A stretch of DNA of 64,000 nt from Candidatus Anderseniibacteriota bacterium (GCA_040900375.1 JBBDZC010000021.1:5258-69257), one strand, 5' to 3'. Positions 30,085-37,633 are shown, counted from the stretch's first letter. Numbers and translations: made by a program. Notes: generated by a model not told the origin, from the sequence alone.

Positions 30085-30657
30085 TCAAATACTCTCGGCT
30101 TTGTCAGCCCGGGTACGGGCCAGGACAACCGAGAGACTATTAGGTGATTTACTGATACCGCCTTCTTGGGTAGCACCGCCGGGCACCATGGTGATAAATT
30201 CCCGCATTTTTTGCTCGGCCATATTGACGCGACCTTTTTCCCGGCCGCGCAGGCGCATCTCTAGTTTCACTTTATTGCCGTCGTGCAGGAACTGCTCGGT
30301 TTGGCGCAGACGAATTTCCCAATCATGCTCGCCAGTTTTAAAACCAATGCGAATCCCTTTAATTTCCCCGCCTTTGCTCTTCACTTTTTGCTTGGCATCT
30401 TTCTTGCGCTTTTCGTACATGTGCTTGCCTAAGTCCATGATGCGCGCGACCGGGGGGGAGGCCTTCTCGGCCACCATCACCAAATCAGTCGCCGCGTCAT
30501 TGGCGCGCTGCTTGGCTTCGGCGGTACTCACCACGCCGAGTTGTTCGCCGGCCACGCCAATCAAGCGTACCTCGGGTACTCTAATTTCATCATTGGCGGG
30601 CGGCCGCTTGATTTGTGGTTTGGGACGGCTGCGAAAGCGCCGTCGGCGACTGGGCAT
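30085..30657 (-). CDS. infC: Translation initiation factor IF-3
   Basis: NDEIRVPEVRLI, DLVMVA...PPVARIMD, FL..GNKVK...RGRE. Confidence 0.96.
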   Translation of the reverse strand: MPSRRRRFRSRPKPQIKRPPANDEIRVPEVRLIGVAGEQLGVVSTAEAKQRANDAATDLVMVAEKASPPVARIMDLGKHMYEKRKKDAKQKVKSKGGEIKGIRIGFKTGEHDWEIRLRQTEQFLHDGNKVKLEMRLRGREKGRVNMAEQKMREFITMVPGGATQEGGISKSPNSLSVVLARTRADKAESI

Positions 30658-30789
30658 AGTAAGTTATCAGAATTTATTTAAAAGATGCGCGGGGACTTTA
30701 GCGCAAGAATACAGTAGATTGTTTTGCCATTATAAGCAACTATAAAGGAGGCCTGGCTGGTACTGTCATGCTGGTCAGCGCCAGCGACT

Positions 30790-31239
30790 ATGAAGTCACT
30801 TGCCTACAACAAACGCGCGGTCTTCGACTACAAAATCCTTGAAAAATTCGAGGCGGGCTTGGTGTTGCTCGGCACCGAAGTAAAATCTGTCCGCGCCGGT
30901 AACATGAAACTGCGCGGGGCGTTCGTAACGATGCACGGCGACGAGGCGTTTTTAACTAATGCCACCATTCCGCCCTGGCAACCAGCCAACACTCCCGAAT
31001 CATACGACCCCGAGCGGCCCCGCCGCCTGTTGCTTAAGAAAGAAGAGCTCAAGCAGCTTCTCGGCACGCGCCGCGCCGGTGGATTGACAATAATACCAAT
31101 TCGTGTTTATAATAAAGGTCCCCATTTGAAGCTAGAAATTGCGCTCGCCCGGGGCAAAAAACAGCACGATAAAAAGCAGCAGAAAAAAGAACGTGACATT
31201 CAGCGGGATGTTGATAGAGTGTTACGAGGAAAGGAGTAG
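30790..31239 (+). CDS. smpB: SsrA-binding protein
   Basis: NKRAVFDY, EAGLVLLGTEVKSVR, RRLLLKK, ARGKKQHDK. Confidence 0.97.
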   Translation: MKSLAYNKRAVFDYKILEKFEAGLVLLGTEVKSVRAGNMKLRGAFVTMHGDEAFLTNATIPPWQPANTPESYDPERPRRLLLKKEELKQLLGTRRAGGLTIIPIRVYNKGPHLKLEIALARGKKQHDKKQQKKERDIQRDVDRVLRGKE

Positions 31240-31430
31240 GTTCTTTTCAACTTTCTTTTCTTCTGGTAGATATCACAGATTGTTTAAAGAAAAATATCAC
31301 GCAGGCCACGCGGGCATGGTGCTCTGCTAAAAGCAGAGCGAGCGTGGCCGAGTGTTAAGCGGCACTTTTCTCGCCGGGAAACGTGACCGCGTCTTTTCGT
31401 AAATAATCTGGGGTATCTAACCCTCTTACC

Positions 31431-31834
31431 GGGCATGCTAGGCCTCGATAGGGTGTTGTTTCAACAATCAGCGTGTCGTGAGTAGTGAATTGGCTCACGC
31501 AAATCTCTTAATTCACAATTGGTACGTGCAAACCTTACCCAGCGCGTGAAGACCGCTTTTGCTAACGCATTTGCGTTCCCTTCATTTGCGCCTGTTGTGG
31601 CCTAATCGCCACAACCATCGCTACCCAAAAGCCTCGGTTGGCGTAGCGGTGATATATTAGAGGCTTGAGAAAGTAACGCCGAGTGTCGTTACTACCTGAC
31701 CTGCACACCACTCTCGCGATGACAAAATATTTGCTTATTTTTTCTTGTCATAGCGATTCTCACCCAAATAAGCTACGCACGTAGAAACTTGTTGTGGCGC
31801 ATTCTACACGGCGGTTCAATTCCGCCCATGTCCA
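31431..31834 (+). ncRNA. ssrA: tmRNA; predicted tag ANLTQRVKTAFANAFAFPSFAPVVA (31528-31605)
   Basis: Acceptor stem GGGCATG/CATGTCC with G3.U pair and discriminator A; T-arm GGCGG-TTCAATT-CCGCC; internal tag ORF; next to smpB; CCA not encoded. Confidence 0.93.
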
Positions 31835-31973
31835 CTCTTCGACTCGGCGCTAAGGCGCCTCGCTCAGAGTAAACCCTTCGCTCTTAGAAAGCTTTCTCGT
31901 ATTAAGAAAGCTTTTTTGGTATGCGCCGAGACGAAGAACCCTGAGCGAAGTGCTGAGGCACGAAGTCGAAGGG
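31835..31973. repeat. REP/REPIN-like inverted pair enclosing a probable tmRNA terminator
   Basis: CTTCGACT..CGCTCAG left arm and CTGAGCG..AGTCGAAG right arm, each with an inner mini-hairpin; central AAAGCTTTCT/AGAAAGCTTT stem plus T-tract. Confidence 0.7.
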
Positions 31974-32065
31974 CCTCGCTAAACTTCTTACAAAACAATA
32001 CTGGGTTCAGAAAGATTTTTCGATGTGTCCTGAATCATTAAATAAATTCTTGCTATAGTAGAATA

Positions 32066-32320
32066 ATGTCCTGGTATATCTATATTGCCCAAGCTCGCAC
32101 CGGCAGATACTACGTCGGCATAACCACTGAACCTGAGCGACGGATTCAAGACCATAACCAAGGCAAGGGCGCTCGCATGGCAGTTAATCAAGGACCATTT
32201 AGATTAGTGTACACATCACCCGCTCTCCTAAATCAATCCGTTGCCCGAAAACGAGAGATTCAGATTAAAGGTTGGAGTCGATCAAAGAAGATAAAGTTAA
32301 TTAACGGTGAGTTGGTGTAA
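32066..32320 (+). CDS. Small GIY-YIG nuclease (UPF0213/YhbQ-like)
   Basis: WYIYI...YYVGIT....RR...HN.GKGA...ARKREIQIKGWSR.KK..LI. Confidence 0.92.
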   Translation: MSWYIYIAQARTGRYYVGITTEPERRIQDHNQGKGARMAVNQGPFRLVYTSPALLNQSVARKREIQIKGWSRSKKIKLINGELV

Positions 32321-32360
32321 CTCCTGGCAAAGCCTTCCGCAACAAGCGGTTCATCTAATA

Positions 32361-32400
32361 AAAGTACCTGACCCCTTTATTCTCTTTATTCTCTTTATTC
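32361..32400. repeat. Short tandem repeat (CTTTATTCT about x3) after AAAGTACCTGACCCC
   Basis: Units at 32375, 32384 and 32393 (last one 8 of 9 nt). Confidence 0.7.
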
Positions 32401-32631
32401 GACCCGCAAAGTTGATGTCGTGACCGTCTCCCTTGAAGAGGCCAATCTGCTTCACAATGCCCTTTTCATCGCTAAGGGCATATTTTTCTATCAGAGGGAA
32501 GGTAAACATAAAATATACTGGTATGTAAGGTTTACAGTACACTCTTTGCTGGTAGCGGATCAACTATACCAGTAAAAAGGTGTAAATATGGCTCTAAAAA
32601 GCCGTAAAATAGCACTATCAACCACTGGCTA

Positions 32632-32660
32632 TTGACAAAATGACCATTTGGGAGTATCAT
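32632..32660 (+). promoter_or_regulatory. Sigma70-type promoter of the orphan array
   Basis: TTGACA-17 nt-TATCAT. Confidence 0.8.
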
Positions 32661-32675
32661 TTAGCGTTCTGGATA

Positions 32676-32731
32676 GTTCCTTCCACTGGCAGGCCGTAGG
32701 TTTAGCACGTTGCTAGACAGGCGGTAGGCCA
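32676..32731 (+). ncRNA. Structured leader module B, copy 1 (unknown family)
   Basis: GTTCCTTCCA-C then TGGC-AG-GCCGT-AG-GTTTAGC-ACGTT-GCTAGAC-AG-GCGGT-AG-GCCA. Confidence 0.75.
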
Positions 32732-32750
32732 CATACCCCACAGGTGTCAC

Positions 32751-33074
32751 ATGTTTAGCAAGGACGATCTAACGAATGCGCCCGAGGACGAGTTGTGCGG
32801 CGCGATCACTATTGTTCTCGAGGACTTCAAGAAAAGCTCTCAATATCATCTGATGATCAATCAGTCGCATGAGAGTGACTGGACCTTGGGTGCCCGCTTT
32901 GAGGAACACCTTGCGGCGCTGCATATCAAGGAAGCTTATCGGGTGCTGTGCGTGCTCGTGGCTGAGTATCGACGGCGCGGCCTGTCCCTACCGGACAACG
33001 TGAATGCCGACTTGAAGCGCAACGTCGCGCTCAAGGAGACCGACATCGATGTCGCCTATCGCTGCCTTGTGTAG
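32751..33074 (+). CDS. Orphan protein 1 of the array (107 aa, helical)
   Basis: ATG 19 nt after module B; AGGTG SD-like; C/G-ending codon bias. Confidence 0.75.
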   Translation: MFSKDDLTNAPEDELCGAITIVLEDFKKSSQYHLMINQSHESDWTLGARFEEHLAALHIKEAYRVLCVLVAEYRRRGLSLPDNVNADLKRNVALKETDIDVAYRCLV

Positions 33075-33082
33075 ATTGCTGC

Positions 33083-33222
33083 TGGTGTGCTGTATGCACA
33101 GGGTGAGTACCATGAAATCTCACCACTTTCTTTTCTCTGATCTCGGAAGAGGTCGTAGGTGAGAAGGTTCTTTTCACCGGCAGGCCGTAGACTGCGTGCG
33201 TTACGCAGTAAGCGGTAAGCCA
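33083..33222 (+). ncRNA. Structured intergenic element: module A (pseudoknot plus long hairpin) and module B copy 2
   Basis: Aligns with 33519-33656 with compensatory changes in several stems. Confidence 0.8.
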
Positions 33223-33239
33223 ACACGGGAGGTACTGCA

Positions 33240-33509
33240 ATGTACATTCACTACATCCAGTTCAATGGCAGCTCCACCTATCGCCTCTATATCGGCCCGT
33301 TCGATACCGAGGTGCAGGCCGAGGTCTTCAAGCAGCGCATGGTGCGTACCCGCGAGAGCTCACCGCATCTCACGATGCAAGGGGTCGCTCTTGAGATCGC
33401 GCCGGGCATTGACGGTCGTTGGGGTGTCGTTACTCCCGATCAGTTCAAGGGCTTCTGCGTGTTCGATATGAACACCGAGCGGGAGGTCAATGTCCCGCTG
33501 GCCGACTAA
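33240..33509 (+). CDS. Orphan protein 2 of the array (89 aa), contains a SPOR-like motif
   Basis: GGGAGGT SD; YRLYIGPFDT...AE.F resembles one SPOR repeat. Confidence 0.75.
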   Translation: MYIHYIQFNGSSTYRLYIGPFDTEVQAEVFKQRMVRTRESSPHLTMQGVALEIAPGIDGRWGVVTPDQFKGFCVFDMNTEREVNVPLAD

Positions 33510-33517
33510 CTGATCAA

Positions 33518-33656
33518 ACGGTGTGCATAGCACGAGGCGAGTACCGTAAAATCTCGCCACCTTTCCTAATGCAAGCTCACAAGAGATTGTATCAGGAAAG
33601 GTTCTTTTCACTGGCAAGCCGTAAGTCCGACGCGGTGTCGGATAGGCGGTAGGTCA
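33518..33656 (+). ncRNA. Structured intergenic element: module A and module B copy 3
   Basis: ACGGT-GTGC/GCAC-GGCGAG-TACCGTAAAAT-CTCGCC; ACCTTTCCT/AGGAAAGGT hairpin; GTTCTTTTCA; 45-nt module B. Confidence 0.8.
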
Positions 33657-33677
33657 CTACTCGAAAGAGGTGCTGCA

Positions 33678-34127
33678 ATGGCACGTCCACGCAGTGAGTT
33701 TCTAGGTTCGCTCGGCAAGCTGTTCTCCATCTTCAAGAAGGTGGCGGACGCGGTGCTGGAACTGGGTGGTAGTGATGACGACATTATCCGTATCAACACG
33801 GATGAAGTTCTCGCTACCAACATCGCCTATCTACTTCTCGCATCGAGAACGCGAGGTGACCTCCGCGGTGGTTTCGGCGGCACGCTAGTTGCCGTACGCA
33901 ATCCACTCACAGGTGACCTCATCCGTGTCGGCGAGCCCTTCTATGTGAAGCCGGTGGGGTCTCCTCTCGGCAAACGCGCGTGGGGCGTGGTGACCAAGAT
34001 ACGTCCACCGTCATCAGACCCTCTCGATAGATCTCTAAGCATCAGCTACCCCTTCATCGGTCACGGAGGAGAAGCTGAGCTCTCTGACCTCGGCACGTTC
34101 GGCTTCAACGAGATTGAGAAGCAATAA
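33678..34127 (+). CDS. Orphan protein 3 of the array (149 aa; helical N-part, beta-rich C-part)
   Basis: GAGGTG SD inside a CTC-GAAA-GAG mini-hairpin; followed by a terminator. Confidence 0.75.
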   Translation: MARPRSEFLGSLGKLFSIFKKVADAVLELGGSDDDIIRINTDEVLATNIAYLLLASRTRGDLRGGFGGTLVAVRNPLTGDLIRVGEPFYVKPVGSPLGKRAWGVVTKIRPPSSDPLDRSLSISYPFIGHGGEAELSDLGTFGFNEIEKQ

Positions 34128-34138
34128 CAGACACTCAC

Positions 34139-34170
34139 CGGCGATCTGGCAACAGGTCGCCGTTTTCTTT
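34139..34170 (+). terminator. Intrinsic terminator closing the array
   Basis: CGGCGATCTG-GCAA-CAGGTCGCCG followed by TTTTCTTT. Confidence 0.85.
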
Positions 34171-34456
34171 CGCGCGGCCGCCCCGTTACTACTTACTAAC
34201 TATTACTATCTTATTCTCTGTATGTGTTCTTACTGGCTGAGAGAACCCACCTTTTCGCCGACCCCTATTTTACCCCTTCCTAACCCCGCCGCAGCGTATT
34301 CCTGCATATTTTGGCTCTCTGACGCGTGATATTCGAGTTGCGGCGCCCAGTCCAATACGGTATCAAGAAAGCGGTTCCAGTTTTCTGACAAGATGTCCAC
34401 TATTTGTGATAAGTTATCACAAATCAAAAACTGTTCACCAGTTTGGAGAACAAGCA

Positions 34457-34657
34457 ATGGCTATTTCAACAGAAAGACGCAACGAGATTGCATGGCAGTA
34501 CTTGGTCTTCCAGATTCGAGAAGCTGGGCTACATCACACGAACTTCGACTCTCCCGACACAAGACAAAAAATCCGTGTGACCGCAGGGAAAATTGGAGTT
34601 TCTTTTGAAGAAGCGATGGAGTTTGTCAAAGCAGTCCTTGCCGAAACCAAAGATTAG
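34457..34657 (+). CDS. Small orphan protein (66 aa)
   Basis: GGAG SD; followed by AGAACCC/GGGTTCT hairpin plus T-tract (about 34672-34720). Confidence 0.65.
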   Translation: MAISTERRNEIAWQYLVFQIREAGLHHTNFDSPDTRQKIRVTAGKIGVSFEEAMEFVKAVLAETKD

Positions 34658-34847
34658 TTATCGCATGTGTCAGAACCCCTTCACCATAACTGGTGAGTGC
34701 ATTAAGGGTTCTTTTTCTTTGGTCAGTATGGTATAGAAATCCTGGACTTCGGCATAGAGAGGTTCCAAGAATTTTCCTTCATGTCCACTATTATCTAAAA
34801 TACTTCTTCTCGTTGACCGGCTAGTGATCCCGGTATAGAAAGAAGGC

Positions 34848-35420
34848 ATGGCAAAGCGCGCGTTTATTGTGCATGGTTGGGACGGCTATCCAGAAGAAGG
34901 TTGGTTTCCCTGGATGAAGCGCGAGCTCGAACAAAGAGATTTTGTTGTCGCGGTGCTGAGTATGCCTGATCCAGCGGTGCCAACAATTGACGCCTGGGTT
35001 GGACACCTGGCACAGATTGTGGGAGAGCCAGATGAGCAAACATATTTTTTAGGTCACAGCATTGGGTGCCAGGCGATTCTGCGGTATGTAGCCTCGATAA
35101 GCGGCCGAAAAATTGGTGGCATTGTGTTAGTGGCTGGTTTTTTGGAGCTTAAGAAACTGGAGACGGACGAGGAGGAGACGATTGCCCGGCCGTGGCTGAC
35201 AACCCCTATTGATTTTAAACAGGTGCAGCAAGCGACACGTAATATTACCGTTATTCTCTCTGACAATGATGCTTGGGTGCCGCTTGCAAGAAACACAGCG
35301 CTTTTTAAACAGCACCTTAATCCTCGTATTATCGTTGAGCACGAGAAAGGGCACTATAGCGGGAGCGATGGTATTACCGAACTACCAGCAGCGCGCGACG
35401 CGGTGGTGCAGGATAACTAA
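34848..35420 (+). CDS. RBBP9/YdeN-family alpha/beta hydrolase
   Basis: IVHGW...WFPW, GHSIG nucleophile elbow, SDND, GH. Confidence 0.9.
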   Translation: MAKRAFIVHGWDGYPEEGWFPWMKRELEQRDFVVAVLSMPDPAVPTIDAWVGHLAQIVGEPDEQTYFLGHSIGCQAILRYVASISGRKIGGIVLVAGFLELKKLETDEEETIARPWLTTPIDFKQVQQATRNITVILSDNDAWVPLARNTALFKQHLNPRIIVEHEKGHYSGSDGITELPAARDAVVQDN

Positions 35421-35507
35421 ACTTTCTTGCACGACGATACGTTTATTGGGGGAGGAAATATTTTGTATGAACCCGGTGTATGGTATGGTTGAGGGAGCAC
35501 CTTAGTG

Positions 35508-36530
35508 ATGAAGTACACCAAGTTACAAATTCGGTTCTTTTTAAGCTTGCTGTTTGGCATCAGCGTCTTAGCCTTCTTTGTTTTTCGGCCGTACCTGGGA
35601 GCCGTGGTTTTGGCGGCAACTTTTGCCGTTATTTTTTATCCTCTCTATCGCCGGATTTTAGGGTTAGTTGGCGGGCGTGAGAACGTGGCAGCGACTCTGA
35701 CGACGGTTTGTGTACTTCTCGTTGTCTTTGTGCCTTTTATACTGTTTGGCATACAGATTTTTCGGGAGGCGCAGTTACTCTATGGCCATGTGACTGGTGC
35801 GCCATTTGATTTTTCGATAGCGATTCCTTCCCAGATTGAAGATCAGGTGCAAGCACTTACCCCGCGCTTTTCTCTCGACGTGGATCAATATGTTCGGCAG
35901 GGGGTGGAGTGGCTCCTGCAGCACATTGGCTCTATCTTCTCCAGTGTAGCCAAACTAGTCTTAAACATCTTTTTAAGTTTGTTCACTCTCTACTATCTGC
36001 TGCGTGATGGACGCAAGCTCAAGCAGAAGATCATGAGCTTAAGTCCGCTGCAAGATCAGCATGACCAACAGATTTTTAGCCGGCTGGAAGTAGCAGTCAA
36101 TTCGGTTATCCGGGGATCGCTGATGATCGCTCTCCTGCAGGGAATTGTTACCGGGATTGGCTTGGCGCTGTTCGGCGTGCCGAATGCTGCCTTGTGGGGA
36201 AGCGTCACGGTTTTGGCAGCGTTAATCCCCACGGTGGGCACATCGGTTGTCCTCGCACCAGCCATTGCCTATCTCTTTTTTACCGGCCACGCGGTGGCAA
36301 GTGCGGGCCTATTGGGATGGGGCGTAGTGGCCGTGGGCCTGATTGATAATTTACTTGGTCCTCGTCTCATCAATCGTGGTATCAAATTGCACCCGCTGCT
36401 GATCTTACTGGCGGTTCTGGGGGGCTTAGGGTTTTTTGGTCCAATTGGCTATATCTTAGGGCCGCTCGTTATTAGTCTCTTGTTTGCCTTGCTGGATATC
36501 TATCCGCTCGTCATGCGTAAGAGCACGTAA
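35508..36530 (+). CDS. AI-2E/PerM-family membrane protein
   Basis: Polytopic; LIPTVG, IDNLLGP, HPLLILLAVLGG...FG..G.ILGP. Confidence 0.9.
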   Translation: MKYTKLQIRFFLSLLFGISVLAFFVFRPYLGAVVLAATFAVIFYPLYRRILGLVGGRENVAATLTTVCVLLVVFVPFILFGIQIFREAQLLYGHVTGAPFDFSIAIPSQIEDQVQALTPRFSLDVDQYVRQGVEWLLQHIGSIFSSVAKLVLNIFLSLFTLYYLLRDGRKLKQKIMSLSPLQDQHDQQIFSRLEVAVNSVIRGSLMIALLQGIVTGIGLALFGVPNAALWGSVTVLAALIPTVGTSVVLAPAIAYLFFTGHAVASAGLLGWGVVAVGLIDNLLGPRLINRGIKLHPLLILLAVLGGLGFFGPIGYILGPLVISLLFALLDIYPLVMRKST

Positions 36531-36620
36531 TTTGGTAATAGTTGAAAAAATATTTTTTTTGTTTATAGTAAAAGTCGGTGACGTTTGTTCCTTGTTATCA
36601 CACCTAGGCGGAGGAGTAGT

Positions 36621-36875
36621 ATGAGAACTACTAATTTCTACCATGGTGATTTCACGATTGAGCTCCAACCCGGGGTTTCGCTGTTGCAGATCCCCCAGCA
36701 TGTCACGCTTATTGATCGCAAAATTGTGGTCAAGAACGGCACCTGGGAGAGAGTCCACGGCGGCATCTACTTCTTGTGTGGCAGTACGCCGTTCACGCTG
36801 TTGACGGCACAAATCTTTTCTATCCGCGACAGCACGGGCGAGATACTCTATGAGTCTGCCGTGGCTAAAGTATAG
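36621..36875 (+). CDS. Small orphan protein (84 aa, beta-rich)
   Basis: GGAGGAG SD; own promoter-like region; ACCCTG/CAGGGT terminator about 36917-36960. Confidence 0.65.
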   Translation: MRTTNFYHGDFTIELQPGVSLLQIPQHVTLIDRKIVVKNGTWERVHGGIYFLCGSTPFTLLTAQIFSIRDSTGEILYESAVAKV

Positions 36876-36991
36876 ACGCCCTTACCGACACGCCAGGTCA
36901 ATTTTTTCTCACCTGACCCTGCAGTAAGGCAACACTTACCCAGGGTCTTTTCTTTTTCTCTTTTGCTCACAGGCCACGCTATACTCCATCT

Positions 36992-37633
36992 ATGATTGCC
37001 GCAGTATTATTTGATGTTGACGGTACGCTCTTGGACGCTCGGGAGTTTATTTTCCAGGCGTTTGAGCATGTCTTTACCATGCATCACTTGCCGGCAGTTG
37101 CCCGGCAGCAGCTCGCACTTATTAGTGGAAAACCACTCGAAGAATGCTATCGGCTTTTGGCACCCCAGCTTGACACGGCATTGCTCTGCCAGGAACACCG
37201 CATGTTTCAGGAGCAGCACTTTAATCTCTTGCAGCCCTTTCCTCATACCGTGGTTACCCTGCAGCAACTGCAAGCCCGCGGTATTGCAACCGCCGCCATT
37301 ACTAATCGTCGGCAGAGTGGCGTGCAGAGTTTGGCGCATACCGGAGTTTTAGATTATCTCACGGTAGTTATTACTGGTGATGATGTCACCAAGCTTAAGC
37401 CTGATCCGGAAGGTCTCTTCAAGGCACTCGAAGTTTTGCAGGTGGCGCCAACGGCAGCCGCGATGGTGGGTGATACCGATGCCGATATTCTTGCGGGCAA
37501 GCGGGCGGGGATAAAGACAATCGGAGTGACGTATGGGTTTTTTGCGGCGGCAGACTTGCAGGCGGCGGCACCCGATGTTGTGGTGGACGATATTGCTGAC
37601 ATTATAGCGGTAGTAACAAAGCATCTGACATGA
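36992..37633 (+). CDS. HAD-superfamily hydrolase (Gph/PpaX-like)
   Basis: FDVDGTLLD, ITN, KPDPEG, MVGDTDADI. Confidence 0.92.
   Translation: MIAAVLFDVDGTLLDAREFIFQAFEHVFTMHHLPAVARQQLALISGKPLEECYRLLAPQLDTALLCQEHRMFQEQHFNLLQPFPHTVVTLQQLQARGIATAAITNRRQSGVQSLAHTGVLDYLTVVITGDDVTKLKPDPEGLFKALEVLQVAPTAAAMVGDTDADILAGKRAGIKTIGVTYGFFAAADLQAAAPDVVVDDIADIIAVVTKHLT

Larger units (their letters stand above)
31835..34792. mobile_element. Degenerate tmRNA-integrated islet(s), no intact integrase
   Basis: tmRNA 3' core CATGTCCACT (31827-31836) recurs at 34393-34401 (9 nt) and 34780-34789; cargo is orphan genes and a GIY-YIG nuclease. Confidence 0.6.

Noticed and set aside
30074-30745. 223-aa plus-strand ORF, and similar long antisense ORFs across the window
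   Set aside because: Shadow frames of well-supported genes (here infC) with no recognisable motifs.
31304-31349. HDV-like ribozyme (GGCCACG/CGTGGCC P1-like stem)
   Set aside because: No L3 consensus, P1.1 or J4/2 elements could be placed on either strand.
32351-32563. 70-aa minus-strand ORF in the islet
   Set aside because: No convincing start signal and its end is produced by the 9-mer tandem repeat; at most a gene remnant.
33100-33125. Hammerhead ribozyme (TGAG...GAAA)
   Set aside because: The CUGANGA core is absent and the second copy lacks GAAA at that position.
32676-33656. CRISPR array or integron attC interpretation of the repeats
   Set aside because: Repeats are separated by whole genes, conserve structure more than sequence, lack attC R-box consensus, and no cas or intI gene is in the window.
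33612-33656. Group II intron domain V resemblance (AGCCGTA...CGGT)
   Set aside because: No AC bulge or GNRA loop, no other intron domains and no reverse transcriptase.
33072-33680. Stop-codon readthrough fusing the three array genes (all in one frame, pseudoknot 8-9 nt after each stop)
   Set aside because: In-frame stops lie inside both spacers (TGA 33138-33140, TAG 33528-33530), so no fusion protein is possible.
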